Source of the DNA: Patescibacteria group bacterium
GTDB lineage: Bacteria > Patescibacteriota > Minisyncoccia > Phycocordibacterales > UBA918
Direction of reading: 5' to 3'
Length of the DNA stretch: 52,231 bases
Assembly (NCBI GenBank): GCA_038061715.1
Contig: JBBTYP010000011.1
Location: forward strand, 1-52,231
The notes under the pieces were generated by a model, which saw only the letters and a program-made list of their open reading frames with translations, was not told the origin of the DNA and did not search any database. The first letter of the stretch is position 1. Each line of letters starts with the position of its first letter. Below, piece after piece: positions 18,364-27,410 of the stretch. Both the position numbers and the translations under genes were made by a program.

Positions 18364-19617
18364 ATGCGCCTTTCATTTGCTGATTACAACCAAATTGCTC
18401 CAACTGCACTTAAAAAAGAGGTTAAAAAGCTAAGCCTATATCGAGAAGCTGTCCTGCAAAGGGTGAGCGATTTTGACGATACAGTATCGGAGTATTCGCT
18501 AGCCTACATTGCTCATCCAGAAGTGAAGGACACACTAGCTTTTGTTAAGCGGGAGTTTAAATCGATTAAACACCTATTACTTATCGGAATCGGAGGTTCT
18601 AGTCTTGGTGTCGAAGCTGTGCATAGTGTACTTGATGAAGGAAAAGTGAAGCTCACGGTGCTCGACACCATCGCAGCTAATGAAATTGCCACCACTCTCA
18701 CTGAGTTTCTTAAATATAAAAAAGTCTCCGATATCGCAGTTTGCGTAATTAGTAAGTCTGGGAGCACCACCGAAACACAAGTAAACGCAGCCGTTGTGCT
18801 TGATGCTTTGAAGCAGAAGTTTGGCGTTAGTATTTATAAACAAACTATCTTCATTGGTAACCAGGGAACTGAACTTGCAAAGTTAGGTAAGAAACTAGGC
18901 GCCCACACTATTGCTCTACCAGAAATTATTGGCGGACGTTACTCGGTCGGGACTGCTGTTGGCTTAATACCACTCACACTATTACGGCATGATACAGAGG
19001 CTTTTATTGAAGGTTTTCTTGCGGTTCATGAAGAAGACATCGAAAAAGTAGTAGCTGAGTCAGCGGCACGTTTATCCCTGCTTATGCAAAAGAAGTTCAG
19101 CCACTATAACTTTTTTGCTTTTGAAAAACGCTTAGCAAAACTCGGTGCTTGGTACCGCCAACTCTTTGCCGAGAGTATTGGTAAAGAACTCGATAGAAAC
19201 AAGAAACCCGTCACCAAAGGCTTTCTACCTACTATTTCCACACCTGTTGAACTTCACTCTATTGGCCAGCTCTATCTGGCGGGTTTCCCTGGTGTCTATA
19301 CTGATTTTGTAACTTTCGACGATGAAACCGTTGATTTCAAAATCCCTAAACAGGGTCTTGGTAAGCAATTCTCAAAGTTCACCGCTCAAGAAGTCACCAC
19401 TGCAATTTATGGAGGAGTGGTTAGTGCTTACCACAAAGAACAACTACCACACCGCACCACTATTTTTGATGATGAACTGGCCTACGAGCTTGGCCTTTTT
19501 ATGGCTATGCGTTTGCGTGAGACCATGTATGTCGCCGAACTTCTAAATTTAAATGCTTTTGACCAACCAAATGTTGAACTTTATAAAACATACACTAAAA
19601 AGATTCTTAGTCTCTAA
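18364..19617 (+). CDS. pgi: Glucose-6-phosphate isomerase
   Basis: IGIGGSSLG, ISKSGSTTET, GGRYSV, QLFAESIGK, AFDQPNVELYK. Confidence 0.9.
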   Translation: MRLSFADYNQIAPTALKKEVKKLSLYREAVLQRVSDFDDTVSEYSLAYIAHPEVKDTLAFVKREFKSIKHLLLIGIGGSSLGVEAVHSVLDEGKVKLTVLDTIAANEIATTLTEFLKYKKVSDIAVCVISKSGSTTETQVNAAVVLDALKQKFGVSIYKQTIFIGNQGTELAKLGKKLGAHTIALPEIIGGRYSVGTAVGLIPLTLLRHDTEAFIEGFLAVHEEDIEKVVAESAARLSLLMQKKFSHYNFFAFEKRLAKLGAWYRQLFAESIGKELDRNKKPVTKGFLPTISTPVELHSIGQLYLAGFPGVYTDFVTFDDETVDFKIPKQGLGKQFSKFTAQEVTTAIYGGVVSAYHKEQLPHRTTIFDDELAYELGLFMAMRLRETMYVAELLNLNAFDQPNVELYKTYTKKILSL

Positions 19618-20125
19618 GAAACCTGCCCATAACAAAATAATCGTCGTTGATGAAAACGATACCGTTATCGGGGCACTGGATTTGTTTGCTGCTATCAAAA
19701 AAGGCCTTATCCGTCGAGTAGTCAGAATACTTGTTTTTAATGATAAAGACGAAATTTTGATACAGCGGCGGGGTTCTAAAGTCCTCACCCCCTTAAAATT
19801 TGACCAATCGGCGGCTGGTCATGTCGATGAGGGAGAATCTTATGAAATTGCGGCCGCTCGAGAACTTGAGGAAGAGTTGGGTATTAAGGGACACCCACTA
19901 ATCTTAGTAATGCCGCCATTTAGAACTAAACACTTTTTTAATGGTGTATACCGGGTCGATGTTTCTTCCAAATTAGAAATTAAGTTTAATCGAGAAGAAG
20001 TAGACTCAATTGAATGGATAAAATTTTCTGATTTTACTAAAATAATTAAAACCAACCCTGAGGAGTTTACCGCCTCTTTTGTGGAAGCTTGGCACATCGT
20101 GTGTGATAAGATAAAAATGATATGA
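19571..20125 (+). CDS. NUDIX hydrolase (IDI-like)
   Basis: VVDENDTVIG, AGHVDEGESYEIAAARELEEELG Nudix box; start uncertain, overlaps pgi end. Confidence 0.85.
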   Translation: MLNFIKHTLKRFLVSKKPAHNKIIVVDENDTVIGALDLFAAIKKGLIRRVVRILVFNDKDEILIQRRGSKVLTPLKFDQSAAGHVDEGESYEIAAARELEEELGIKGHPLILVMPPFRTKHFFNGVYRVDVSSKLEIKFNREEVDSIEWIKFSDFTKIIKTNPEEFTASFVEAWHIVCDKIKMI

Positions 20126-20982
20126 CATATATAGTTTTTGATATTGGCGGCACAAAAACTCGAGTCGGTGTCACAACTGATTTAAAAACGCTTGATAAGG
20201 TCGAAAGTTTTAAGACCCCTACAGCCTTTGCCGACGGTATGAAGAAATTCCTTGAGACCGTAGACAGGTTAGCTGCGCAACAACCGAAGGCTTTTGCGGG
20301 TGGAGTACGTGGTCTCTTGAACGAACAAAGAGATGGTATCCAAAATGACGGACCGCTCAGCAAATGGGTGGGGAAGTCGATTGTTAGTGAGATTAAAAAG
20401 GCCTACCCTGTACCAGTTTTTCTCGAAAATGACGCCGCGGTAGCTGGTCTCGGTGAGGCGATGTTTGGGGCAGGTAAGGGACTGGAAATCATTGCTTACC
20501 ATACGGTTAGTACTGGTGTTGGTGGAGTGAAGATTGAAAATGGTGAAATCGATCACGCTAGCGTTGGTTTTGAACCAGGTAAGCAGATTATTGATGTTGA
20601 TCGGACTGTGCTTGGTAGTGAAATCGAACCGACGCTTGAAAATCTGGTTTCAGGCACTGCCATTGAAGAACGCTTTGGTATGAAGCCGTATGAGATTCCC
20701 CAAAGTGATGTTCTTTGGGATGAGCTAGCCGAATATCTAGCTCAAGGTTTACGCAATACCATAGTGTATTGGTCGCCAGATGCGATTATTCTTGGCGGCT
20801 CTATGATTACTGGCGATCCAAAAATCGAAGTGGACATCATCCGCAAATACACAGTAGAATTGGTTCAAAGTTTCGAAGTTGCTCCATTAATCACTGTCGC
20901 CAAGCTAGGTGACGAGGCTGGTCTCTACGGCGGAATGGCAATCTTAAAAAATCGTCTTGAGAACAAAAAACCTTTGAAATAG
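20122..20982 (+). CDS. ROK family sugar kinase (glucokinase-like)
   Basis: DIGGTKT, ENDAAVAGLGEA, STGVGG; in operon with pgi. Confidence 0.9.
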   Translation: MTYIVFDIGGTKTRVGVTTDLKTLDKVESFKTPTAFADGMKKFLETVDRLAAQQPKAFAGGVRGLLNEQRDGIQNDGPLSKWVGKSIVSEIKKAYPVPVFLENDAAVAGLGEAMFGAGKGLEIIAYHTVSTGVGGVKIENGEIDHASVGFEPGKQIIDVDRTVLGSEIEPTLENLVSGTAIEERFGMKPYEIPQSDVLWDELAEYLAQGLRNTIVYWSPDAIILGGSMITGDPKIEVDIIRKYTVELVQSFEVAPLITVAKLGDEAGLYGGMAILKNRLENKKPLK

Positions 20983-21013
20983 GCCTATAAATATGAAGGA
21001 GTAGACTAAAAAA

Positions 21014-21042
21014 TTGACGGTAAGTCCAAAGTATGATATAAT
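21014..21042 (+). promoter_or_regulatory. Sigma70-type promoter
   Basis: TTGACG-17 nt-TATAAT with extended TG. Confidence 0.75.
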
Positions 21043-21135
21043 ATTAAAAATCCGTAAATTATGATACTATTTTGCGGTCATCGGTACTCCACACCGATGT
21101 TTGACAGTTAAGACCATTGGCTTATTTTATCGACT

Positions 21136-21651
21136 GTGATTCTCGCGTTGTTCACGGCTGGTGTCGTTTCGACCGCAGCAGTACCAGAGACAGCGTACGG
21201 ACACATTGCGATGACGAAGGGGGAGACCTCTATGGCCGCTTTGGAATCTGCTAAGCTAACCGTTGCTGTAAAGACTTCCGCACCTGCGAGAAAGACTTAC
21301 ACAACCACAAAAGCATACAGTACACCTGGAGCTAGTGCCGAAACCGAATCTATCGTCCGATCATACTTCAGTGACATTCCGGTCATGATTGAGATCGCAC
21401 GCTGCGAATCGGGCTTCCGTCACACGTTAAGTGACGGCTCGACCCTGTCGGGGCGAGTCGACTCCGCTGACACTGGGGTAATGCAAATCAATAGGCGTTA
21501 CCACCAAGCAACAGCAAACGCAATGGATTTGAATCTAGATACTATTAGCGGCAATATGGCTTATGCCAGGCACCTCTACGAGGAGCAGGGGGTACAGCCA
21601 TGGAGATCATCATCTTCATGTTGGAATAGAACTCTAGCTGCAAATATCTAA
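21136..21651 (+). CDS. Secreted lysozyme-like/SLT (Rpf-like) lytic transglycosylase
   Basis: Signal peptide, IARCESG catalytic Glu, GVMQIN, GVQPW..S..CW. Confidence 0.8.
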   Translation: MILALFTAGVVSTAAVPETAYGHIAMTKGETSMAALESAKLTVAVKTSAPARKTYTTTKAYSTPGASAETESIVRSYFSDIPVMIEIARCESGFRHTLSDGSTLSGRVDSADTGVMQINRRYHQATANAMDLNLDTISGNMAYARHLYEEQGVQPWRSSSSCWNRTLAANI

Positions 21652-21685
21652 TAAAAAGCGCGCCCGTAAGGGCGCGCTTTTTATT
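21650..21685. terminator. Bidirectional terminator
   Basis: AATAAAAAGCGCGCCC-GTAA-GGGCGCGCTTTTTATT. Confidence 0.85.
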
Positions 21686-21699
21686 AATCTAGAGCTTGA

Positions 21700-22149
21700 T
21701 TAGCTAGCCTGATTAGTCTTTTCCCAAGGGTCATCTCCGATAACATTCATTCCATGAGGACCAAATGCCATAAGATAAAGAAGACCACCAACAATCGCAA
21801 GATTCTTCAAGAGTCCAATCGGGAAGGTTGGGTCTACTTCGGCACTCAGGTGGCCAAGTAGGGTAGCGATCAGAGTAAAGACGATAAGCCCAGCGGCCGC
21901 TTCGGTAGTGCGCTTGCCGATAACAACCGCTCCACCGGCGACAATCTTAAAGATAATCACTACCCAAGCTACAACACCAGCCAGAGGAATACCCAAGGAG
22001 GCAAAATAACCTCCAATTGCTGCAGGACCCTGAACGGTCAACATAAGGAGACCTGACACTAGAAAGAGTAGTCCAAGCAAAACTCGACCAAATTTCGAGC
22101 CGTGAGTACGGACAAGTTCAAGATGAGATTCTTTGATCATAATAAACAA
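21700..22149 (-). CDS. DoxX family membrane protein
   Basis: GRVLLGLLFLVSG, KNLAIVGGLLYL. Confidence 0.85.
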   Translation of the reverse strand: MFIMIKESHLELVRTHGSKFGRVLLGLLFLVSGLLMLTVQGPAAIGGYFASLGIPLAGVVAWVVIIFKIVAGGAVVIGKRTTEAAAGLIVFTLIATLLGHLSAEVDPTFPIGLLKNLAIVGGLLYLMAFGPHGMNVIGDDPWEKTNQAS

Positions 22150-22208
22150 ATATAAAATTACACGATAAGCAACAATACTATTATACCACTAGGGTATAAT
22201 AGGGCCAT

Positions 22209-22667
22209 ATGCAGTATTGGTTAGTAAAAAGTGAGCCTAGTTGTTACTCGATTGAGGATTTGAAGCGGGAGAAAATCGGGTCTTGGACTGATGTGCGGAA
22301 TTACCAGGCGCGGAATTTTTTGCGGGCAATGAAAGTAGGGGACTTGCTCCTATTTCATCATTCTAGCTGCGCTGTGCCAGCAATTGTGGGAGTGGCTAAG
22401 GTGGTAAGGGAAGCTTATCCTGACCCAACTCAGTTTGATAAGAATAACGAAGGTTTCGATTCTAAAGCAACTAAAGATAACCCACGTTGGTCGGCTGTCG
22501 ATGTCGCTTTGGTGGAGGCTTTTGAGCAACCGCTCACTTTAGCCGAGCTAAAGGCCGATAAAGTGTTTACTGGTATGGAGCTCGTAAAGCAGGGAAGTAG
22601 ATTATCGGTGCAACCAGTGTCAGAGCCGCACTTTAAGCGAGTGCTTAAACTACGTAGCAAAAGATAG
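22209..22667 (+). CDS. EVE domain protein
   Basis: YWLVKSEP, VRNYQARNFL, SRLSVQPV. Confidence 0.92.
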   Translation: MQYWLVKSEPSCYSIEDLKREKIGSWTDVRNYQARNFLRAMKVGDLLLFHHSSCAVPAIVGVAKVVREAYPDPTQFDKNNEGFDSKATKDNPRWSAVDVALVEAFEQPLTLAELKADKVFTGMELVKQGSRLSVQPVSEPHFKRVLKLRSKR

Positions 22668-22668
22668 T

Positions 22669-23451
22669 ATGAATATTGGCTTTTTTGATTCTGGTCTGGG
22701 AGGACTTTTGATACTTAAGGCGGTTGCTAAAACATTGCCACAGTATGATTATTTGTACTATGGCGACACAGCCAATCTCCCCTTCGGTGACAAAACAGAA
22801 ACTGAAATCTACGAATACACTAAACGGGCGATTGAAGAACTCTTTAAGCAAAATTGTCTGTTGGTAGTGGTGGCTTGTAATACCGCTTCAGCGGAGACAA
22901 TTCGGCGTTTGCAAGACACCTATCTTAAAGAAGAACATCCAGACCGAAGAATTCTCGGTGTGATTGTGCCGACAGTAGAGGAGGTGATAAAGAAGGACTA
23001 TAAGCGAGCAGTTTTGTTGGCGACAAAAAGAACCGTCGAGTCTGGAAAATACGCCCGTGAACTAGCCAAGTTAAATCCAGCTCTCGAACTTATTTCTGTT
23101 GCAACTCCAGAGCTGGTGCCCCTGATAGAGACGCACCAGGTCGAAGCAGCAGCCAAGCTGGCGGTTTCTGTAATAGAGGGGGTCGCAAAGGCAGGGGATG
23201 TGGTTCTACTAGGTTGTACACATTACATCCTTTTAAAAGATAAGCTACGCGAGCATTTTGGCTCAGAACTAACAATAATTTCGCAAGACGAAGTGATACC
23301 TAAAAAACTAGAAGATTACTTAAGTCGACACCCTGAAATAAATTCTCGTTTAAGTAATACTGGAAAGAGACAGATACATTTAACCGAGCACCGACCTGAC
23401 TACGATCGTCTCACTGCCGAATTCCTTGGCGGAGCATACATTGTTGACTAA
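22669..23451 (+). CDS. murI: Glutamate racemase
   Basis: FDSGLGGL, ACNTAS, LGCTHY. Confidence 0.95.
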   Translation: MNIGFFDSGLGGLLILKAVAKTLPQYDYLYYGDTANLPFGDKTETEIYEYTKRAIEELFKQNCLLVVVACNTASAETIRRLQDTYLKEEHPDRRILGVIVPTVEEVIKKDYKRAVLLATKRTVESGKYARELAKLNPALELISVATPELVPLIETHQVEAAAKLAVSVIEGVAKAGDVVLLGCTHYILLKDKLREHFGSELTIISQDEVIPKKLEDYLSRHPEINSRLSNTGKRQIHLTEHRPDYDRLTAEFLGGAYIVD

Positions 23452-23458
23452 AAGCCAG

Positions 23459-24451
23459 CTACTTCTTTAATGGGTGGAACTTCTTGTGAGTATCTTCGGC
23501 ATATTTATCTGAAGCGTGAACGTAGCGAGTAGTGGTATCAAGTGATTCGTGTCCAAGAAGGATTTGAATAGCGGCAGGGTTGGCACCTTGTTCGGCTAGG
23601 TAGGTGGCAAAGCCGTGACGCAGGGAGTGAGCGCTAGTGGGTACATTAATACCAAGTAACTCGCGATACCATTTGATTTTCATTTGCAGATAATTGGGTG
23701 AAAGATGTTTTTCCTTTTTGCCCATGTTAAGTCCGCTCTTGGGAATAAAAAGATAGGGAAGTGAATCGTCGCGGGCGGCGAGGTAGGTGTAGAGGTGCTG
23801 CTGGGCCCGCTCAGTCAGGTAGATAAATCGTTGCTTCCTGCCTTTACCTTGAATAAAGATACGGCCGGATTTATCGAGCTGATTGCGACGCAGGGTGATA
23901 AGCTCAGAGATACGCATACCGCTCGCGAATAGGGTTTCCAGGGCAGCGCGGTTGCGTAGCTGCACAAACTTGTTCTTTTCAAACTTCATCGGTGACTCAA
24001 TGAGTTTTATAAGTTCATCGAGCTCCGCGACTTGGCCATGTTTCTTTTCAGCGCGGACGAGCTTAACTGAGCCAGGAGCAATCGGACAAGGATAGTCCAT
24101 ATCGATAAGATAAGACAAGTAACGCCTGAGGGAAGAAAGCATGCGGTTAATGGAGCCACTGTGAAGGAACTGAAAAGTTGCGTTGTCGCGGGCCGTCTTG
24201 CGGTCACGGGAATTTAAGTAGGCTTTAAACTGGTCGATGGTTTTCTTGGATACCTGGGAGAAGGGGAGGCGACTCAGTTCATGGATTAAAAATGAGTCAA
24301 AAGTAAGTAAGTCCCTCTCGTAACTCTTGCGCGTTTTTTCTGAGTAGTTGTTAGCCTGAATATGCAATAGAAAGTCCTCCACCTGGGGCAGACACTCAAA
24401 GGACATTTTCTGTTTGGATAGTGGTGTTGAAGAGGGGGGTTTCTTAATCAT
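23459..24451 (-). CDS. Xer-family tyrosine recombinase
   Basis: SAM-like N-domain; catalytic R (GMRISE), K (GKGRKQR), HSLRH, LGH, TTRY. Confidence 0.92.
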   Translation of the reverse strand: MIKKPPSSTPLSKQKMSFECLPQVEDFLLHIQANNYSEKTRKSYERDLLTFDSFLIHELSRLPFSQVSKKTIDQFKAYLNSRDRKTARDNATFQFLHSGSINRMLSSLRRYLSYLIDMDYPCPIAPGSVKLVRAEKKHGQVAELDELIKLIESPMKFEKNKFVQLRNRAALETLFASGMRISELITLRRNQLDKSGRIFIQGKGRKQRFIYLTERAQQHLYTYLAARDDSLPYLFIPKSGLNMGKKEKHLSPNYLQMKIKWYRELLGINVPTSAHSLRHGFATYLAEQGANPAAIQILLGHESLDTTTRYVHASDKYAEDTHKKFHPLKK

Positions 24452-24545
24452 AAATTTTTACTGCCAGTTAGAGTGTGGGAGAGGGGCTTCTTAATTGTAC
24501 GTCACTCCGCACTCCCATCTGAGGCCTAAAACATATATATTCGGA

Positions 24546-24573
24546 ACTGAGTATAATATCTCTAATACTCAGT
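24546..24573. other. Candidate dif-like recombination site (11-6-11)
   Basis: ACTGAGTATAA-TATCTC-TAATACTCAGT, arms 10/11 inverted, 95 bp upstream of xer start. Confidence 0.55.
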
Positions 24574-25127
24574 TATATTGTATTAAATATATAGAAATAA
24601 GGCTATCCTAGTTTTCCCCACACTGAGTAATTTCGTTAGCTCTAATCCTACTAGTCAACGCTGTTCCAGGTACAAAGGGGTCTTATTTGTTTCTAATTCT
24701 AGCTTTTTAAATCTTTATTCAGTTTGCCAAGATTTCTGCGGATTATCTGTTTGGTTCCGACTAAGTCTTAGGCTGACTCAACCTACGTCTTAAAACGCCC
24801 TCTAGGCTCATTAAGTACATGCACTCGACTCAAGACTAGCCCCCACAATCAATTCTAAGCCCGCCGAGACTTTTTAAGAGGATCTAACCTACGTCTCACT
24901 TTGCTCCTTGAGCCAATCGAATTTTGACTTGAGGGTCAAATCAACGGCGAGTGGTTTTGGTGTAAGTAAATTTGTAAAAAATAAAAAAATTTTAAACAGG
25001 GAATTTGCGTAGGTTAAATTTTTTTGCGAATTTAGAATCGACATAAACTAAACTAAATTTTACTATTTAGTTTCTGTCTAAAAGTAGCGGCTGCGTAAAA
25101 GCTATTAATTGAAGATAAGGAGATTTC

Positions 25128-25157
25128 ATAAATGTACCTGTTAACAGGTACATTTAT
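25128..25157. repeat. 30-bp perfect palindrome
   Basis: ATAAATGTACCTGTT|AACAGGTACATTTAT. Confidence 0.8.
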
Positions 25158-25232
25158 CTGAATTTGGTCTCACCTCTCCCCCGCTTCTCTCTAAAGTTTG
25201 GACATTGTGCGATATTCGGTTTGATAACATTT

Positions 25233-25820
25233 CTACAACGCGATATTTTCAACTATGGCCTTAAACATTTTTTGGTATCCAGTTGAATTCGGATGCAGAC
25301 CATCCGCTAAGTCACTTGTTGTGTTTAGCACATCACGCATTTTGATATATAGAAGACCATAATTTTCCGCTATGACTCTAACTTGCCTATCATATTTATC
25401 TATCTCTTCATTAATAAGTCGACTACCTCGTGACGATTCCCAATTAGAATCGACTTGGGTAAGTCCAACCAAGGTTATATCGGACGTATGAGTCTTAGCT
25501 ATATCAATAAGTAGCCTTAAATTTGTTTCAAAAATATCGATCCCAACACAGTTATCAGACGACCCATGTGGTAGTTTTGAATCATTTATACCGATTGCTA
25601 GAATAATCTTATTTGGTTCTATTGCAGAGGCTTCGATTGCAAAACGTTTGAGTAAATCTTGTGTTGTTTCACCACAGATACCAAAGTTATATAGTTGAAA
25701 GTTGTCATTAATAGGAAGCGTACTACGTAGCCTACCTGCCCATCCAAGGCACTCTTGGTCACATGAACCAAAGGTGATGCTATCTCCCCAAATTCCTATT
25801 GTCATATTTAGATTATACAT
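25233..25820 (-). CDS. SGNH/GDSL hydrolase
   Basis: WGDSITFG, NFGICG, IGIND, DGLHPN; AT-rich. Confidence 0.9.
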   Translation of the reverse strand: MYNLNMTIGIWGDSITFGSCDQECLGWAGRLRSTLPINDNFQLYNFGICGETTQDLLKRFAIEASAIEPNKIILAIGINDSKLPHGSSDNCVGIDIFETNLRLLIDIAKTHTSDITLVGLTQVDSNWESSRGSRLINEEIDKYDRQVRVIAENYGLLYIKMRDVLNTTSDLADGLHPNSTGYQKMFKAIVENIAL

Positions 25821-25982
25821 GTAGGGCCCTGGAAGCCCGCTTGTGGCGGGCTTCTGTGAGGGTAAGTTCCTACGATGCTTTACATCGCATCCTTATAATA
25901 TCACCTTTTCCCCAGTTTTTTCCACAAGAAAAGCGGGTTTATCCCCAGCTTTTTAATATATCTTAGTAAATTCTGTGCGCTT

Positions 25983-26108
25983 TAGGGGATTTGGATAGTG
26001 AATCAAATCCGAGGCGGCCAGAACAAAATCTGTGAGGTGTATCTGGCATACATTGAACAGATTTTGTTCGCAGACAACGAAGGAGTTGATCGCTAGGCGA
26101 ATCTCCTA
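25983..26108 (+). repeat. ERIC-like palindromic element, copy D (126 bp, ends in M23 gene stop)
   Basis: TA-ended imperfect TIR TAGGGGATT/AATCTCCTA; GAGGCGGC..GAACAAAATCTGT-GAGGTGTAT-N5-ATACATTGA-ACAGATTTTGTTC..GCAGACAACGAAG. Confidence 0.75.
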
Positions 26109-27410
26109 CTGGGGTAGGTAGAGCATTGGATCCAGATAAGCGTCAGTAGCGGCGACGGGGGTTGAGGCGGGTCCGCAGCTGGTAGAGGTTTTGATTTCGT
26201 TAAATTTACGGACACTCACGCCGTCTTTGGCATAAACTGTGAAGTGTAGGTGGGGGCCAGTCGAGTAGCCAGTGCTACCAGAGTAGCCAATAATCTCCCC
26301 TGTCCCGACACTTTGACCTGGCGAAACGCTAACTACGTCTTGGTGAGCGTAGAGAGTGGAGAGGCCGTTGGCGTGGTCAATCAGGGTCCACTTGCCCCAG
26401 GAGTAACAACCAGGCACGATGTCGGTGTTGCCAGTAGCGCGTACAGTACCTGATAGGGGTGCGTAAATGGCACTACCGCGTGGCGTACCGAAGTCGACGC
26501 CAGGGTGGTAGGCTCGGCCACCGTAGACAGCAGCATTGCGGGCAGCAAACTCGGTACCACCAAAGTACTGAGTAATAATAATATTAGCTAAAGGCCACTT
26601 GAAAACCGCCGTACCAGCAGTTGGTATTGTGGTTGGATCAAGAATAAATTGTAACTTTGACTCAAAGTCACGCATCTCTTTGATAATTTGCTCTCGCACT
26701 TCTTGCTTGGAAGCGAGTAGCTGTTGATAATTTTTTTCCTCGCTTTTGGTTACTTCAAGTAGTTTTGCTTGTTCACTTTTATTGTTGGCTAGCACTTCAG
26801 TCTGACCAGTGTACTGATCTTTAAGGGTTGAAAGTTCATTGCGTTTATCCTCACTGTTATCACGCTTGCCAGTTATGATTTCTTGATAAGTGTTTAGTTC
26901 TTCAACTTTTCCAGACAGAGTCTCGCGTACATTTTGGTGTGCATCAAGCCGAGACCAAAATTGTGAAAGGTGCTCTTGCCCTAGTAGAAGCTCAACTAGG
27001 TTGCTCTGACCAGATTGGTATTCCTGTCTTATTATTGCAGATACGGCGGCTTGAGTATTGTCGATATCGGTTTCAGTTCGTGAAATTTCCAATGCCAACT
27101 TGCTAATTTCAAGATCAGTTGAGGAGATAAGGGTTTCGGTTTTGGAGATCTCGGAATTTACCTTTTTGCGCTCCAACTCGAGCTTAGCGATTGCCGACTG
27201 TAAAGTTCTCTTCTCTCCACCGACTTCGGCTAGATCAGCTTCGTAAGCTGCAATCTCAGCGTCAATTTCAGCAATGCGGTTACTTCGATTATCAATCTCG
27301 TTCTGTAGACGATCAATTTCGGAAGATTGAGCGGACACAGGAGAAGACGTTACCAAAAGAGTTGGCAGTATTAATCCACACAAAAAGGCTACGAACGGTC
27401 TTTTAGGCAT
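26106..27410 (-). CDS. Coiled-coil M23 peptidase (EnvC/CwlO-like murein hydrolase)
   Basis: Signal peptide, long coiled coil, HPGVDF, YAHQ, STGPHLHF. Confidence 0.9.
   Translation of the reverse strand: MPKRPFVAFLCGLILPTLLVTSSPVSAQSSEIDRLQNEIDNRSNRIAEIDAEIAAYEADLAEVGGEKRTLQSAIAKLELERKKVNSEISKTETLISSTDLEISKLALEISRTETDIDNTQAAVSAIIRQEYQSGQSNLVELLLGQEHLSQFWSRLDAHQNVRETLSGKVEELNTYQEIITGKRDNSEDKRNELSTLKDQYTGQTEVLANNKSEQAKLLEVTKSEEKNYQQLLASKQEVREQIIKEMRDFESKLQFILDPTTIPTAGTAVFKWPLANIIITQYFGGTEFAARNAAVYGGRAYHPGVDFGTPRGSAIYAPLSGTVRATGNTDIVPGCYSWGKWTLIDHANGLSTLYAHQDVVSVSPGQSVGTGEIIGYSGSTGYSTGPHLHFTVYAKDGVSVRKFNEIKTSTSCGPASTPVAATDAYLDPMLYLPQ

Noticed and set aside
23459-24451. Integron integrase or prophage integrase
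   Set aside because: No IntI-specific insertion evident, no attC array or phage genes adjacent; Xer-like motifs throughout
25900-25955. oriC from DnaA-box-like words (TTTTCCCCA, TTTTCCACA, TTATCCCCA)
   Set aside because: Only mismatched boxes, no dnaA/dnaN nearby, and genes converge rather than diverge here
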